Assembly (NCBI GenBank): GCA_040386535.1
Contig: JAZKFH010000063.1
Coordinates: 32,001 to 96,000 of the forward strand
Source of the DNA: Myxococcota bacterium
GTDB taxonomy: Bacteria > Myxococcota_A > UBA796 > SXON01
Length of the DNA stretch: 64,000 bases
Direction: 5' to 3'
Shown here: positions 30,344 through 40,120 of the stretch, in pieces
Numbering within the stretch: the stretch's first letter is position 1
Layout of the letters: each line of letters begins with the position of its first letter
Notes under the pieces: generated by a model
What the model was told of the DNA's origin: nothing
Seen by the model: the letters and a program-made list of their open reading frames with translations, nothing else
The model's database searches: none
Position numbers and translations under genes: made by a program

Positions 30344-30688
30344 ATGTTGCCCGCCGCGCTCTTCGCCGCGTCGATGTCCTCCTGGGTGGTCCCTCCCGCC
30401 GCCGCCCACGCGCGCCTGGTCGAGAGTGTGCCGGCCGAGGGCGCGGTGCTCGCCACGCCCCCGGCGACGCTGGTGTTCCGCTTCGACGGCGCGGTGGAGC
30501 CGGCCCTGACCCGGGTGGTGCTGCATGGGCCCACGGACGTCGTGCTCCCGCCGCTCCGGGGCGACGATCCGCGCCGGGTGGTGGTGACCGCGCCGACGGG
30601 CCGCCCCGGCGACTGGTGGGTCACGTGGCGGGTGGTGTCGCGGGACGGCCATCCGGTCACGGGCGAGCTCCGCTTCGTCGTGCGGTAG
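30344..30688 (+). CDS. copC: Copper resistance protein CopC
   Basis: AAA|HARLVES.P..GA, WRVVSRDGHP..G...F.V. Confidence 0.88.
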   Translation: MLPAALFAASMSSWVVPPAAAHARLVESVPAEGAVLATPPATLVFRFDGAVEPALTRVVLHGPTDVVLPPLRGDDPRRVVVTAPTGRPGDWWVTWRVVSRDGHPVTGELRFVVR

Positions 30689-30690
30689 GG

Positions 30691-31479
30691 GTGGAGCACC
30701 TCCTCGACGGCGCGCTGGCGCACGCGGCGGCGGTCTTCGGGCTCGCGCTGGGGACGGCGCGGGAGACGTGGCGGGCGGCGACGGGCGCGGAGCCTGGGGA
30801 GGGAGGGGGGCTGCGGCGCCTCGCACCCGCGCTGCTCGGGGTGGCGGTGGGGCTCCATCTGATCGTGGGAATCGTGGTGGTGGACAAGCCATTCGTGGCA
30901 GCGGTCACGACGCTGCTGCGCGACACCTTCTACGGGGCGAGCCTGGGCGTGTTCGCGGCGGCGTCGCTGGGGACGGTGACGCTGCGCGGCCGGTGGCGGG
31001 GGCTCGCGGCCCTCGGGGCGGCGTGGGGGCTGGCGCGGCTGGGACACGCCGCGTCAGCGGGCACCTGGAGCGCCGCGATGGTGTGGACGACGCTGCACAT
31101 CGTGGCGGCGGTGGTGTGGTTGGGCGGGCTCGGGATGGCGGTCTGGGGAGGGGCGCGGGACGTGCGGCGCTTCGGGAGGGTCGCGCTCGGGTGTGTGGGG
31201 GTGTTGGGAATCACGGGCGGGCTGCGGACGGCGCAGCTCGTGGGGGCGGGGTGGGATCGGCTCGGGGACGGGCCGGAAGGCGTGACGTGGATCGCCGCGC
31301 TGCTGATGAAGGGGGGCGTGGTGGGGGTCGCGCTGGTGTGCGCGTGGCGGGCGCGGCGGGCGCTGCGGACCGACGGCTCAGCCGCAGCGGTCACGGCGGC
31401 GGCGGTCACGGGCGAGCTCTACGCGGTGGGGATCGTCGTGATCCTCGCCGCGCTGCTGGCCCGGTTGCCGACCCCCTGA
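30691..31479 (+). CDS. copD: CopD family copper uptake membrane protein
   Basis: Follows copC; GHA, LHIVAAVVWLGGL, RFGR.A, ITG, L.MK motifs. Confidence 0.7.
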   Translation: MEHLLDGALAHAAAVFGLALGTARETWRAATGAEPGEGGGLRRLAPALLGVAVGLHLIVGIVVVDKPFVAAVTTLLRDTFYGASLGVFAAASLGTVTLRGRWRGLAALGAAWGLARLGHAASAGTWSAAMVWTTLHIVAAVVWLGGLGMAVWGGARDVRRFGRVALGCVGVLGITGGLRTAQLVGAGWDRLGDGPEGVTWIAALLMKGGVVGVALVCAWRARRALRTDGSAAAVTAAAVTGELYAVGIVVILAALLARLPTP

Positions 31480-31504
31480 AGGCATCTTGACGGTGTAAAG
31501 ATCA

Positions 31505-32017
31505 TCACTCCGCGATCACCTCGGCGCCGCCCGCGGCCGCCAACGCCGCCTCGATGCGGGGGGCCTCCTCGGGGGAGCAGCCCTCCACGACCACGAGGAT
31601 GTCGGACCGCCCGGCCACCCGCCGCCACGCCGGGCGGGGCCGCTCGGGCACGAACCACCCCACCACCGCGCCGAGGAGGGCGCCCGCCATGGATCCGGCG
31701 TTGGGGCCGAGGAGCTGCGCCAGGAGCACCACGGAGGGCGGATTGCGCCCGGGGAGGATGACCACCGCGACGCCGACGGCCGCGCCCACCACCAGGCCGA
31801 TCACGGCGCCCGCGCCGGCCCCGGGAAGGGTTTGCCGCCGCCCGGCCCGCGCCCGCCGTCCGTACCAGCGCCGCGCGCCCTCGGGCGAGACGACGACCTC
31901 GATGCGATCGCGGGGCACCCCGCCCAACTCCAGGTGCAGGATGGCGTCCTCCACCGCGCCCTCGCGCTCGAAGAACGCGGACACGGCCACACGGTGGGAC
32001 GGTCCGAGCTCTGTCAT
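31505..32017 (-). CDS. Gly-zipper membrane protein (YflT/DUF3341-like), last gene of the oxidase operon
   Basis: AFF....AVEDAI..L...G...DRIEVV; two Gly-rich TMs; ATGA overlap. Confidence 0.55.
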   Translation of the reverse strand: MTELGPSHRVAVSAFFEREGAVEDAILHLELGGVPRDRIEVVVSPEGARRWYGRRARAGRRQTLPGAGAGAVIGLVVGAAVGVAVVILPGRNPPSVVLLAQLLGPNAGSMAGALLGAVVGWFVPERPRPAWRRVAGRSDILVVVEGCSPEEAPRIEAALAAAGGAEVIAE

Positions 32018-32679
32018 GGCAGCGCCTCCAGCTCGGCCGCGGTCCAAGGGGTGGCGCGGGCGGCGGTCGCGGCCCGAAGCTCGGTGACGAGGGCAGGGTC
32101 GATCGGGGGAGCGTCCACGCCGGCGTTGGCGCGCTCGTGGGTAAGGACCGCGGCGATGGCGGGGTCGTCGAGCTGGTCGCGCCACGCGGGCATCACGCCG
32201 TCGTAGGGTTGGCCGGCCACGGTGATCGGCCCGGCCAGCCCGTCGAGCACGATGCGCACGAGAATGGCCGGATCGCCGGCCACCCACTCCGAGCCGACCA
32301 GCGGCGGGAAGACGCCGGCGAGCCCCTTGCCGTCGGCCTGGTGACAGGACGCGCACCGTTGGGTGTACACGTCCGCGCCGGACGGCGGCGGCGCGGGCGC
32401 TCCAGGCACGGCCGCGGCCGGCGGACCGCCGCCACCGCCGCCCCCCTCCTCGGTCGGCGAGTACCCGAGGTGCGGCCGGGTGTCGAACGTGCCCCCATGC
32501 CGCCCCAGGTAGAACCCGCCCCAGAACAGGGCAATGGCGACGGTTGCCCACAACCACCAGGGCGGGGGCTCGCGCCCCTCGATGGGCTCGGGTGGCTCCC
32601 GTTGGACCGGGCGGTGGAGCTCCTCGACCTCGACCCCGAGCTCGACCGGACCGGTGTCGTCGGGCGGCTCAACCGCCAT
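32014..32679 (-). CDS. Membrane-anchored mono-heme cytochrome c
   Basis: One TM; CASCH, FPPL.GSEWV, GVMP. Confidence 0.9.
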   Translation of the reverse strand: MAVEPPDDTGPVELGVEVEELHRPVQREPPEPIEGREPPPWWLWATVAIALFWGGFYLGRHGGTFDTRPHLGYSPTEEGGGGGGGPPAAAVPGAPAPPPSGADVYTQRCASCHQADGKGLAGVFPPLVGSEWVAGDPAILVRIVLDGLAGPITVAGQPYDGVMPAWRDQLDDPAIAAVLTHERANAGVDAPPIDPALVTELRAATAARATPWTAAELEALP

Positions 32680-33268
32680 CGCCGCCCCCCTCGGTGGGAA
32701 GAGGCGCCGTGTGGTCGAGCGCCAACAGGTAGTCGACCAACGCGCTCGCCTCGGGCCCGGCCACGACCACCCCGGTCGCGGGCGCCCACTGCGGGGGAAC
32801 GGCCACCACCTCGTCGTCCGGGCCCGCCTCGTCCTTCACCTGGAACAGGTAGGGGAACGGCGGCATGATCGACCAGGGCACGACCGCGCGGGGTTGGTAG
32901 AGGTGGAGCAGGTGCCAGCGGCGATCGGGCAGGCGCGCGCCCACGTTGTGTAGATCGGGGCCGGTGCGCATCGTGCCGAGCTGGTGGGGGCTGTCGTAGA
33001 CGTAGTCGCCGGGGACGCTCGGGCGGCCCCAGCCCCGATTTGCATCCGTCGTGACCGTGGCGTCTCTCACCTGTTGGCTGTGACAGTACACACACCCCTC
33101 CCGGATGTAGATCCGTCGACCGAACGCCTCCTCGGGGGTGTAGTCGTCGACGCCCGGGCTCGGCTCGACCCGCGCGAGCAGCGTGCCCGGCACGACCACC
33201 AACACCATCGCCGCGAAGCACATGATCGCCACGGCGCCGAGCAGGAGGAACCACACCCGGGCGTTCAT
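32669..33268 (-). CDS. ccoO: cbb3-type cytochrome c oxidase subunit II
   Basis: GRRIYIREGCVYCHSQQVR, GTMRTGPDL, SIMPPF. Confidence 0.92.
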   Translation of the reverse strand: MNARVWFLLLGAVAIMCFAAMVLVVVPGTLLARVEPSPGVDDYTPEEAFGRRIYIREGCVYCHSQQVRDATVTTDANRGWGRPSVPGDYVYDSPHQLGTMRTGPDLHNVGARLPDRRWHLLHLYQPRAVVPWSIMPPFPYLFQVKDEAGPDDEVVAVPPQWAPATGVVVAGPEASALVDYLLALDHTAPLPTEGGGDGG

Positions 33269-34689
33269 CCAGGCTCCTCGAAGATGCGCGGCTGGGCTTC
33301 GTGCCACGGCGGAAGGCGACGCTCGGCCGACGGGGGGCGCGCGAGCATGCGGGCTACATGCCAGGCGAACACGAGGTGCCCCGCGGTGAGGAGGAACCCG
33401 GCGCCGGTGCGCACGGCGAGCCACGGAAGAGTGACGGTGACGGAGTCCTGGAACGGGCGCCCCGGGTCGAGCAGGACCATCCCTTGCTGGACGCCGCCGA
33501 TGATGAGCGCCAGGACGTAGGCGCCGATGCCGACCAGGCACGACCAGAAGTGCCACCGGATGAGGCGGGCGCTCGGCCACTCCCGGCCGACGAGGCGGGG
33601 GAGGATGTAATAGATGGAACCAAACAACGTGAACGTCACGAACGCGTAGACGCCCACGTGCGAGTGGGCGATGGTCCACTGCGTGAAGTGGGTGACACGG
33701 TTCACCTCGACGAACGCGGTGAAGATCCCCTGGAGCGACACGGCGGTGTAGGCGATCGCGCCGAGCACGACGAAGCGCAGGGTGGGGGAGTAGCGCAGCG
33801 CGCCGAAGCGCCCGGCCATGGTCATGTGGTGGTTCACCGCCACGGCACCCACGGGGATGATCATCATCCCGCTCGCGACGATCGAGGTGGTGAGCATCCA
33901 CGTCGGCATGGGCCCGGCGATGAGGTGGTGCATGCCGTTGAGGGAGTAGAACAACGCCAGCGACCAGAAGCCCAACAACGAGAGCTGGTACGAGTGGATC
34001 GGCCGCCCGAGCACCTTGGGCAGCAGGTAGTAGATGGCGCCGAGGTTGATCGCGGTGAGCCAGAAGCCGAGCGCGTTGTGCGCGTAGAACCAATTCACGG
34101 CGGCCGACTCGACGCCCCGGTAGCCGCCGAAGTTCCCGATGACGAAGATGATGGGAAACCAGACGAACGCGCCGGCGGTGTACCAGACGGACACGTACAG
34201 GTGCTCCACCTTCGCGCCGATCAACGTCCGCAGGAGCGCGCCGCCGACCATGCCCCCCCCGATGAGCAGCCAGGGATCGGCGAAGCGGCGATCGAGCTCG
34301 AGCCATTCGAGCCCGTCCGTGGCGCCCGCGAGCAGCGCCGGAATCCCGGAGAGCAGGCCGAAGTTCCACAACAAGGCGCCGGCGAGCGCGAGGCCGGGCC
34401 ATTGGAGCGGGCGGCGCACCAGGCGAGGGACGAGCCAACACGACACACCCAACATGGCGAGCGACGCCCAGCCGTAGATCATGGCGTTCAGGTGCGCGGT
34501 TCGCAAGCGGCCGAACGTGGTGGCGCCCCAGGTGCCGAGCCAGTCGGGGAATTGGAACTTCAAGCTGGCGAGATCACCCAACATCGAGCCGGCCAGCAGC
34601 CAGAAGATCGCCGTGACGAAGCAGAAGAGCGCGGGATCCCGCCCGGCGAGGTCGAGCGCGCGCCGCTCGTCCGGGGGTGTGTCACTCAC
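33265..34689 (-). CDS. ccoN: cbb3-type cytochrome c oxidase subunit I
   Basis: FGRLR..HLN, LYVSVWY, WFYAHNALG, GMHHL, WTIAHSH. Confidence 0.92.
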   Translation of the reverse strand: MSDTPPDERRALDLAGRDPALFCFVTAIFWLLAGSMLGDLASLKFQFPDWLGTWGATTFGRLRTAHLNAMIYGWASLAMLGVSCWLVPRLVRRPLQWPGLALAGALLWNFGLLSGIPALLAGATDGLEWLELDRRFADPWLLIGGGMVGGALLRTLIGAKVEHLYVSVWYTAGAFVWFPIIFVIGNFGGYRGVESAAVNWFYAHNALGFWLTAINLGAIYYLLPKVLGRPIHSYQLSLLGFWSLALFYSLNGMHHLIAGPMPTWMLTTSIVASGMMIIPVGAVAVNHHMTMAGRFGALRYSPTLRFVVLGAIAYTAVSLQGIFTAFVEVNRVTHFTQWTIAHSHVGVYAFVTFTLFGSIYYILPRLVGREWPSARLIRWHFWSCLVGIGAYVLALIIGGVQQGMVLLDPGRPFQDSVTVTLPWLAVRTGAGFLLTAGHLVFAWHVARMLARPPSAERRLPPWHEAQPRIFEEPG

Positions 34690-34931
34690 GAGCCCCCCCA
34701 CTCCCCCGGCGCCGGCGGTACGGGCGGACCAAACGTGTCGACCCGATCCTTGGCTTGCTCCGTGGTCTCCCACGGGCGTGTCACGCGCTGGTCCTGGTCG
34801 TCGAAGGGCAGCGACGCGCTGGTGTCGTCCAGTTCGAATTGGCCCCTGCGCCATGCCCACGCGAACGCCAGGAGCGTGCAGCCGAGGCCGATGAGGGTGA
34901 AGCCGACGATGGCGAGCGACGAAGCGAACAT
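34686..34931 (-). CDS. ccoS: cbb3 oxidase maturation protein CcoS (copy 1)
   Basis: TM followed by FAWAWRRGQFE..D......FDD. Confidence 0.75.
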   Translation of the reverse strand: MFASSLAIVGFTLIGLGCTLLAFAWAWRRGQFELDDTSASLPFDDQDQRVTRPWETTEQAKDRVDTFGPPVPPAPGEWGGS

Positions 34932-34969
34932 GGAGAACCTCGGGTGACGGCCGACAGCTGGCTGCTCAC

Positions 34970-35131
34970 TCAGGGCTTGGGCGCCGCGTCGCCCCGTTCG
35001 AACGGCAGGACCACGCCCCCTTCTTCCTCCAGATCGAATTGCCCGACGTGCCACGTCCAGATCAACGTGGCGAGCGCGGCCGCGAGCGCGGCGACGGTGA
35101 GGACGATGACAGCGATTGACGAAGCGAACAC
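34970..35131 (-). CDS. ccoS: CcoS-like protein (copy 2)
   Basis: GTG-FASSIAVIV TM, WTWHVGQFDLEE.....LPF. Confidence 0.65.
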   Translation of the reverse strand: MFASSIAVIVLTVAALAAALATLIWTWHVGQFDLEEEGGVVLPFERGDAAPKP

Positions 35132-35237
35132 GGGAGCCCCCGTTGGTTGCCCCGAGAGGGTGGCACCCAGGGGGTCGAGGGCAAGCGAGGGCTCCGGTGG
35201 CGTCGCCCGCTGGACCCGCGCTCGGGACCCGCCGCGC

Positions 35238-36497
35238 CTACCCGGCGTATCGCTCGGCGGCTTCGATCCCGAGGCCGTACCCGATGGACGTGAACACGTC
35301 ACGACTCACGACGCGGCCGGCGAAGCGCTCCTCGAACATGCGCTGGACGCGGAGGGTGCGGGAGGTGCCGCCGGTGAGGAACACGACATCGATGTCGTCC
35401 GGGCGGAGCGACAGGCGGCCGAGCAGCCCGTCGAGCACCTTCTCGAGCTCGCGGATGTCGAGCGCGAGCGCGGCGTCGAGCTCGTCCCGGGACATCGGCG
35501 CGTCGAGCTCGATGGAGCCGGCGTGGAAGGAGAGGACGGTGTCGAGCTGCTCGGACAGCGCCACCTTGGTGGACTCGACGGCGCGGAACAGGTGGAACCC
35601 GTGATCGTCCACCACCATCTCCTGCAGGCGCGCGAGGGCGGGCTTGTCGTCCCCGAAGCGGAGCATGCGCTCGAGGAGCCGCAGGTTCTTGTCGGTCTTG
35701 GCGTGGCAGAGCGAATGCCAGCGCGTGACGGCGTGGTGCAGCGTGGTCGGCACCTCGACCCAGCGGTCCTCCAGCTTGTACTTGGCGAACAGGCCGAGGT
35801 AGGGCGCCACCTTCTTGTAGACGATGCGCGCGTCGAAGTCGTTGCCCGCGATGTCGATGCCGGCGACGCCGAGCACGTCCTTGCTGCGATCGGTCCCGAT
35901 GCGGCCGGGGCCGAGGCGGATGACGGTAAAATCGCTCGTGCCGCCGCCGAGGTCACCGACCAGGCACAACACGTCGCGATCGAGGGAGCGTTCGAACGAG
36001 CGCGCCGCCGCGACGGGCTCGACCTGGAACCCGATCTCCTGGAAGCCGGCGCGGCGCGCCGCGGTCCACAACCGGTCCTGCGCGAGCTTGTCGCGGTCGG
36101 GTGTGGTGCCGAACTGGGCGGGCCGGCCGAGGATCACGCGCGTGACGTTCTCGCCCGCCTCCTCGTCGACCCGGCGCTTGCAGGCCGCGAGGAACCCGCC
36201 GATGAGGGCCTCGATGCCCATCACCGTGTTGCCGACCAGCGTGCCCTCGAACCCGGAAGAGGGGAGGTAGCGCTTGATCGCCTGGATGAGGCGGCCGGTG
36301 CGCTCGTCCGCCAGCCATGCGTCGACCGCGCCGGCGCCGTACACCGCGGGCCCGTCGGGCGGGAAGTAGAGGAGGGTCGGCATGCGCTCGGGCTCGGGCG
36401 ACGAAGGATCGATCGCGAGCTGGCGCACCTCGCCGTTCTGGCACAGGGCGACCGTGGTGTTCGAGGTGCCGAAGTCGATTGCGCACGAAGCGGGCAT
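35238..36497 (-). CDS. yegD: Hsp70-family chaperone, YegD-like
   Basis: IDFGTSNT, VILGRP..F, EPVAAA, DLGGGTSDF, FLTGG; no substrate-binding domain. Confidence 0.85.
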   Translation of the reverse strand: MPASCAIDFGTSNTTVALCQNGEVRQLAIDPSSPEPERMPTLLYFPPDGPAVYGAGAVDAWLADERTGRLIQAIKRYLPSSGFEGTLVGNTVMGIEALIGGFLAACKRRVDEEAGENVTRVILGRPAQFGTTPDRDKLAQDRLWTAARRAGFQEIGFQVEPVAAARSFERSLDRDVLCLVGDLGGGTSDFTVIRLGPGRIGTDRSKDVLGVAGIDIAGNDFDARIVYKKVAPYLGLFAKYKLEDRWVEVPTTLHHAVTRWHSLCHAKTDKNLRLLERMLRFGDDKPALARLQEMVVDDHGFHLFRAVESTKVALSEQLDTVLSFHAGSIELDAPMSRDELDAALALDIRELEKVLDGLLGRLSLRPDDIDVVFLTGGTSRTLRVQRMFEERFAGRVVSRDVFTSIGYGLGIEAAERYAG

Positions 36498-36604
36498 GGG
36501 GCCGCGGTTCTAACCGACCGACACCGGCCGGGCACGCCCGGCGACGAACCATCCGCCGCGTGCCGGGCCCACAGCCGCGCGGGGAGGGCGATAGCAGGCG
36601 CGAG

Positions 36605-38368
36605 ATGGAACGTCTGCGCCGCGTTTTGCCCTCCCTCGTCGCCGGGCTGCTCGCGCTCGTGTTCACGTACGTCGTGTTCGGGAAGGGCATGTGGGAGGGA
36701 ACCACCCGCTTTCTCGGTCGGGAATACGTCGATGCGTGGGGCACCCAGTGGTTCTACTGGTTCGTCGGACGACAGGTCGGCGCCATGGAGAGCCTGGGCC
36801 GCTCGGACCTGTTCTTCTACCCGTGGGGGAAGGACATCTACCTCCACACCGGCGGAAACGTGCTCGACGGGCTCCTGGCCTGGCCGATCCGCTGGCTGGT
36901 CGGCCCCGTCGCCGGGTACAACCTGTTCGTCCTCGGGATCGTAGCCACGAACCTGCTTGCGATGCGCGCCTTGCTGGTCCGCCTCGGCGCGAAGGCCGCG
37001 CCCGCAACCCTCGCCGCGGTGTTCTTCGCCTTCAACCCGTGGGTGCTCCACGAGCTCCGCGACGGGCGGCCCACCCAGGCGCTCCTCGGGTTCGTGCTGC
37101 TCTTCTTCGCGGACTACCTCTCCCTGGACAAGGACCGCCGGGTGTGGCTCCCGGCGCGCGCGGGGCTGTGGTTGGCCCTGGCGGGCCTGACCTATTGGTA
37201 CAACGCGCTCTTCGCGGGGATGGCGGCGGCGGTGATCGCGCTGGTCCGGGTCGCCACCGAGCCGGATCGCAAGCGCACGTTCGGCCGGCATGCCGCCGCG
37301 GGCCTCGTCGCGCTCCTCCTGGTGGGGCCCTTCGTGCTGCCCATGCTCTCCGCCGACGCGGTGCCCGGCCTGCTCGACGTGAGCCAATGGACGCTCACCT
37401 CGTGGGCGCCCACCACCGCCGAGGGCGTGAACATCGGGCTGTACGTGTGGGATCCGGTGTCGCTCGGCTCGGGCTTCATCGCCATCAAGAACGACGGCGG
37501 CATGGCGTTTCTGCGCGAAGAGACCAACCTGTTCGCGCCGCAGGTGATCTTCTTCGTGCTGGGCGCCCTCGCCGCGCCGCCCCGCATCCGCCGGGCCGCG
37601 CTCGTGCTCTGCGCCGTGTCGTTCGTCATCGCGACGGGCCCCGCGGTCGTCGGCATCCCCAACGTGCTCTATCTGCTGCTGGTCAAGGCCTCGTCGATCT
37701 TCCAGCGGCTGTGGTGGCCCTCCCGGGCGCTCGTGCTCGGGCACATCGGGCTGGCCGTGCTGCTCGGGTTCGCCTTTCACCGCGCCGGCCGCTTCGCCCC
37801 CGCCCTCGCCGTCGCGACCGGGGTGTGGTGGGTGTCCGGCCTCCGCGCGTCCGAGCTCGGACCGATGGCTTCGTGGGAGGCGGGCGTCCCCGCCGGGTAC
37901 CGGTGCCTCGGCGAGTCCGACGAGGGCGCCGTCATCGAGCTGCCCTACGCCCACAACCAGTCGCACCTGTACTACCAGACCCAGCACGGGCGCCCGCTCT
38001 TCGGCGGCATGGTGGAGGACAACGTGGTGTTCGCGGCCCCCGAGCAGGTCGCGTTCAAGTCGAGCAACACCTTCGTGAAGATGCTGCTCGACCAGGCGGC
38101 CACCGGGGACGACCCGCCCATCTACGTGGGCGCCGACCGGCAGGCCGTGTCCGACATGGGCTACAAGTGGGTGCTCCTCGACAAGCGCGCCTACGTCGAC
38201 ATCGGCGACGGCGCCGCCCGCATCGGCACCCGCCTCGAGGGCCGCGCGCGCTGGGTCCGCCGCACCCTCACGGAGCAGCTCGGGGCGCCCGTGTACGAGG
38301 ACGACGCCACCGCGATCTACGCGCCGTGGGGCGACGGATCGCCGTGTGCCGACGGGGTCGGGAAGTAG
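36605..38368 (+). CDS. GT-C/YfhO-like polytopic membrane protein (paralogue 2)
   Basis: VDAWGTQWF, LFFYPWGKDIYLHTGGNVLD, GRPTQA, RLWWPSR, ELP...YQTQHGRPLFGG. Confidence 0.6.
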   Translation: MERLRRVLPSLVAGLLALVFTYVVFGKGMWEGTTRFLGREYVDAWGTQWFYWFVGRQVGAMESLGRSDLFFYPWGKDIYLHTGGNVLDGLLAWPIRWLVGPVAGYNLFVLGIVATNLLAMRALLVRLGAKAAPATLAAVFFAFNPWVLHELRDGRPTQALLGFVLLFFADYLSLDKDRRVWLPARAGLWLALAGLTYWYNALFAGMAAAVIALVRVATEPDRKRTFGRHAAAGLVALLLVGPFVLPMLSADAVPGLLDVSQWTLTSWAPTTAEGVNIGLYVWDPVSLGSGFIAIKNDGGMAFLREETNLFAPQVIFFVLGALAAPPRIRRAALVLCAVSFVIATGPAVVGIPNVLYLLLVKASSIFQRLWWPSRALVLGHIGLAVLLGFAFHRAGRFAPALAVATGVWWVSGLRASELGPMASWEAGVPAGYRCLGESDEGAVIELPYAHNQSHLYYQTQHGRPLFGGMVEDNVVFAAPEQVAFKSSNTFVKMLLDQAATGDDPPIYVGADRQAVSDMGYKWVLLDKRAYVDIGDGAARIGTRLEGRARWVRRTLTEQLGAPVYEDDATAIYAPWGDGSPCADGVGK

Positions 38369-38371
38369 CGC

Positions 38372-40120
38372 CTACTCCCCGGCGGCGATCGCCGGCGCCA
38401 ACCGGTAGATCGTGACCTCCGCGTCCATCGACGCGCTCGGGCCGAGCGTGCGGGCGACACAGGACGCCTCGGTGGGCTGGAGCAGATCCGTGTGCACGGC
38501 GATCACGTCGTAGCCCCAGCCGAGGAGCGCGGCGCGGCCCTCCGCCACCTTCGCGTCCACGGGGCGCTGGAGGAACGCGTCGAGCGGGCGCCCGCCCTCG
38601 CGCGCGATCGTCGCGACCGCGGGCTTGCGCAGGCACTGCATCAGCGTGCGCACGAGGTGGTTCTTGCCGAATTCGGCGGGGAGGAACTGGTTGACGCCGT
38701 ACGGGATGCGCTTGCCGTGCACGACGGCGAGCGCCTGGTAGTGACGGTTGGCGGCGTGGTAGTTGGGAGGGAAGTCCCAGATGCCCGCGACGCTCTCGTC
38801 GTCGGAGAGGGAGTCGTACACGGCGGGCGCGGTGATGTCGGCCATCGGGAGCGGCCACACCGCGGGGGAGGCCGCGAGGGCCTCGACGAGCACGGCGCCG
38901 GCGAGCCCGACGGCGAGGCGGGGGTGGTGGCGCAAGGCGTGCGCGGCCGCGATGGCGCCGAGCAACATCGGCAGGACGACGAGGCGGTAGGGGTGGTGGA
39001 CGAAGCGGAAGGGCGAGCCCGGCAGGTAGAGCAGCGTGTCGGGCAAGGGGACCTGCATGCCGCCGATCCGCACGGGGGCCTGGTTCACGACCAGCGTGGG
39101 GCCGAGCGCGAAGACGAGCACGAGCAACAGCGGGAGGCGGAGCGGGCGCCAGCGCCAGGCGCCGAGGGCGGCGAGCACCATCGCGACCCACCCGAGGTAG
39201 TTCACGTGGATGATGCCGTGGTTGCCCATCTTCCGGTTGTCGGGGAAGTAGTAGTCGCCGGGGCGCACGAACGTGGCGAGATCCGTCGCGGGCAGCGACC
39301 GGTAGCTCCAGCCGGGCGCGGACTCCTGGGCGACGACCGCGTCGGGCGAGCCGAGGGTCCAACCCGCCACCGCCAGGATGGGGCCGGCGAGCACGCCGAA
39401 CACGAGGAGGACGGTGGCGGCGCGCTCCAGGAGGGCCATGACGGGCTGGCGCACGCCCTCGCGGCGCCACTCGGCGAGCAGGGCCACTCCGAACAGGAGG
39501 CCGCAGAAGGCGGAGTAGTAGAAGTTGCCGAGGGTTGCCCACGCCCAGCAGCCCGCGGCGAGCAGCGCGTCACGACGGTGGCCGCCGGCGAAGGCGCGGC
39601 GGATGAACAGCCAGAACAGCGGGAGCGGGGCGAGGGAGAGGTACTCGATGGTGCCGCTGTAGAGCAGGGAGATCGCGTAGGGGCTCGCGCCGAAGATGAT
39701 CCCGGCGAGGACCGCGGGGCCGCGCGGGTCGGGGGTCCCGTCGCTCCTTCCGCGCAGCTCGGCGCAGGCCAACGCGTACGCGGCCGCCATCCCGCCCCAG
39801 AGCTGCACGAGGATGGCGCACGTGTACCCGACCGCGGCCCCGCCGAGCAGCTGGAACGGGAGGGACACCGTGGCGCCGATGGGGTCGACGAACCAGAGGA
39901 GCCCGCCGTCCGGCCAGTGGGACACCTCGGTGCGGATCGGCACCTGCCCGCTCACGAGCTCCGCGGCCCACCACCAGTAGCCCCAGTAGTGATCGTAGGC
40001 GTCGGACGTGGCGGCGCCCGGGATCGCGGTCCCCAGGTGGAGCACGGCGGGCCACGTGACGAGCACCGCGACGGCGGCGAACAGCGCGAGGGGGCCGAGA
40101 TGCGGGCGGAGCTGCCTCAT
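38372..40120 (-). CDS. GT-C/YfhO-like polytopic membrane protein (paralogue 3)
   Basis: SDAYDHYW..WW, WPDGG, YLG, LALGP-like, HPYR, DFP...QA.HG..IPYG. Confidence 0.6.
   Translation of the reverse strand: MRQLRPHLGPLALFAAVAVLVTWPAVLHLGTAIPGAATSDAYDHYWGYWWWAAELVSGQVPIRTEVSHWPDGGLLWFVDPIGATVSLPFQLLGGAAVGYTCAILVQLWGGMAAAYALACAELRGRSDGTPDPRGPAVLAGIIFGASPYAISLLYSGTIEYLSLAPLPLFWLFIRRAFAGGHRRDALLAAGCWAWATLGNFYYSAFCGLLFGVALLAEWRREGVRQPVMALLERAATVLLVFGVLAGPILAVAGWTLGSPDAVVAQESAPGWSYRSLPATDLATFVRPGDYYFPDNRKMGNHGIIHVNYLGWVAMVLAALGAWRWRPLRLPLLLVLVFALGPTLVVNQAPVRIGGMQVPLPDTLLYLPGSPFRFVHHPYRLVVLPMLLGAIAAAHALRHHPRLAVGLAGAVLVEALAASPAVWPLPMADITAPAVYDSLSDDESVAGIWDFPPNYHAANRHYQALAVVHGKRIPYGVNQFLPAEFGKNHLVRTLMQCLRKPAVATIAREGGRPLDAFLQRPVDAKVAEGRAALLGWGYDVIAVHTDLLQPTEASCVARTLGPSASMDAEVTIYRLAPAIAAGE

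Noticed and set aside
31484..31502. Imperfect palindrome ATCTTGACGGTGTAAAGAT as an FNR box
   Set aside because: Does not match TTGAT-N4-ATCAA and lies between convergent 3' ends
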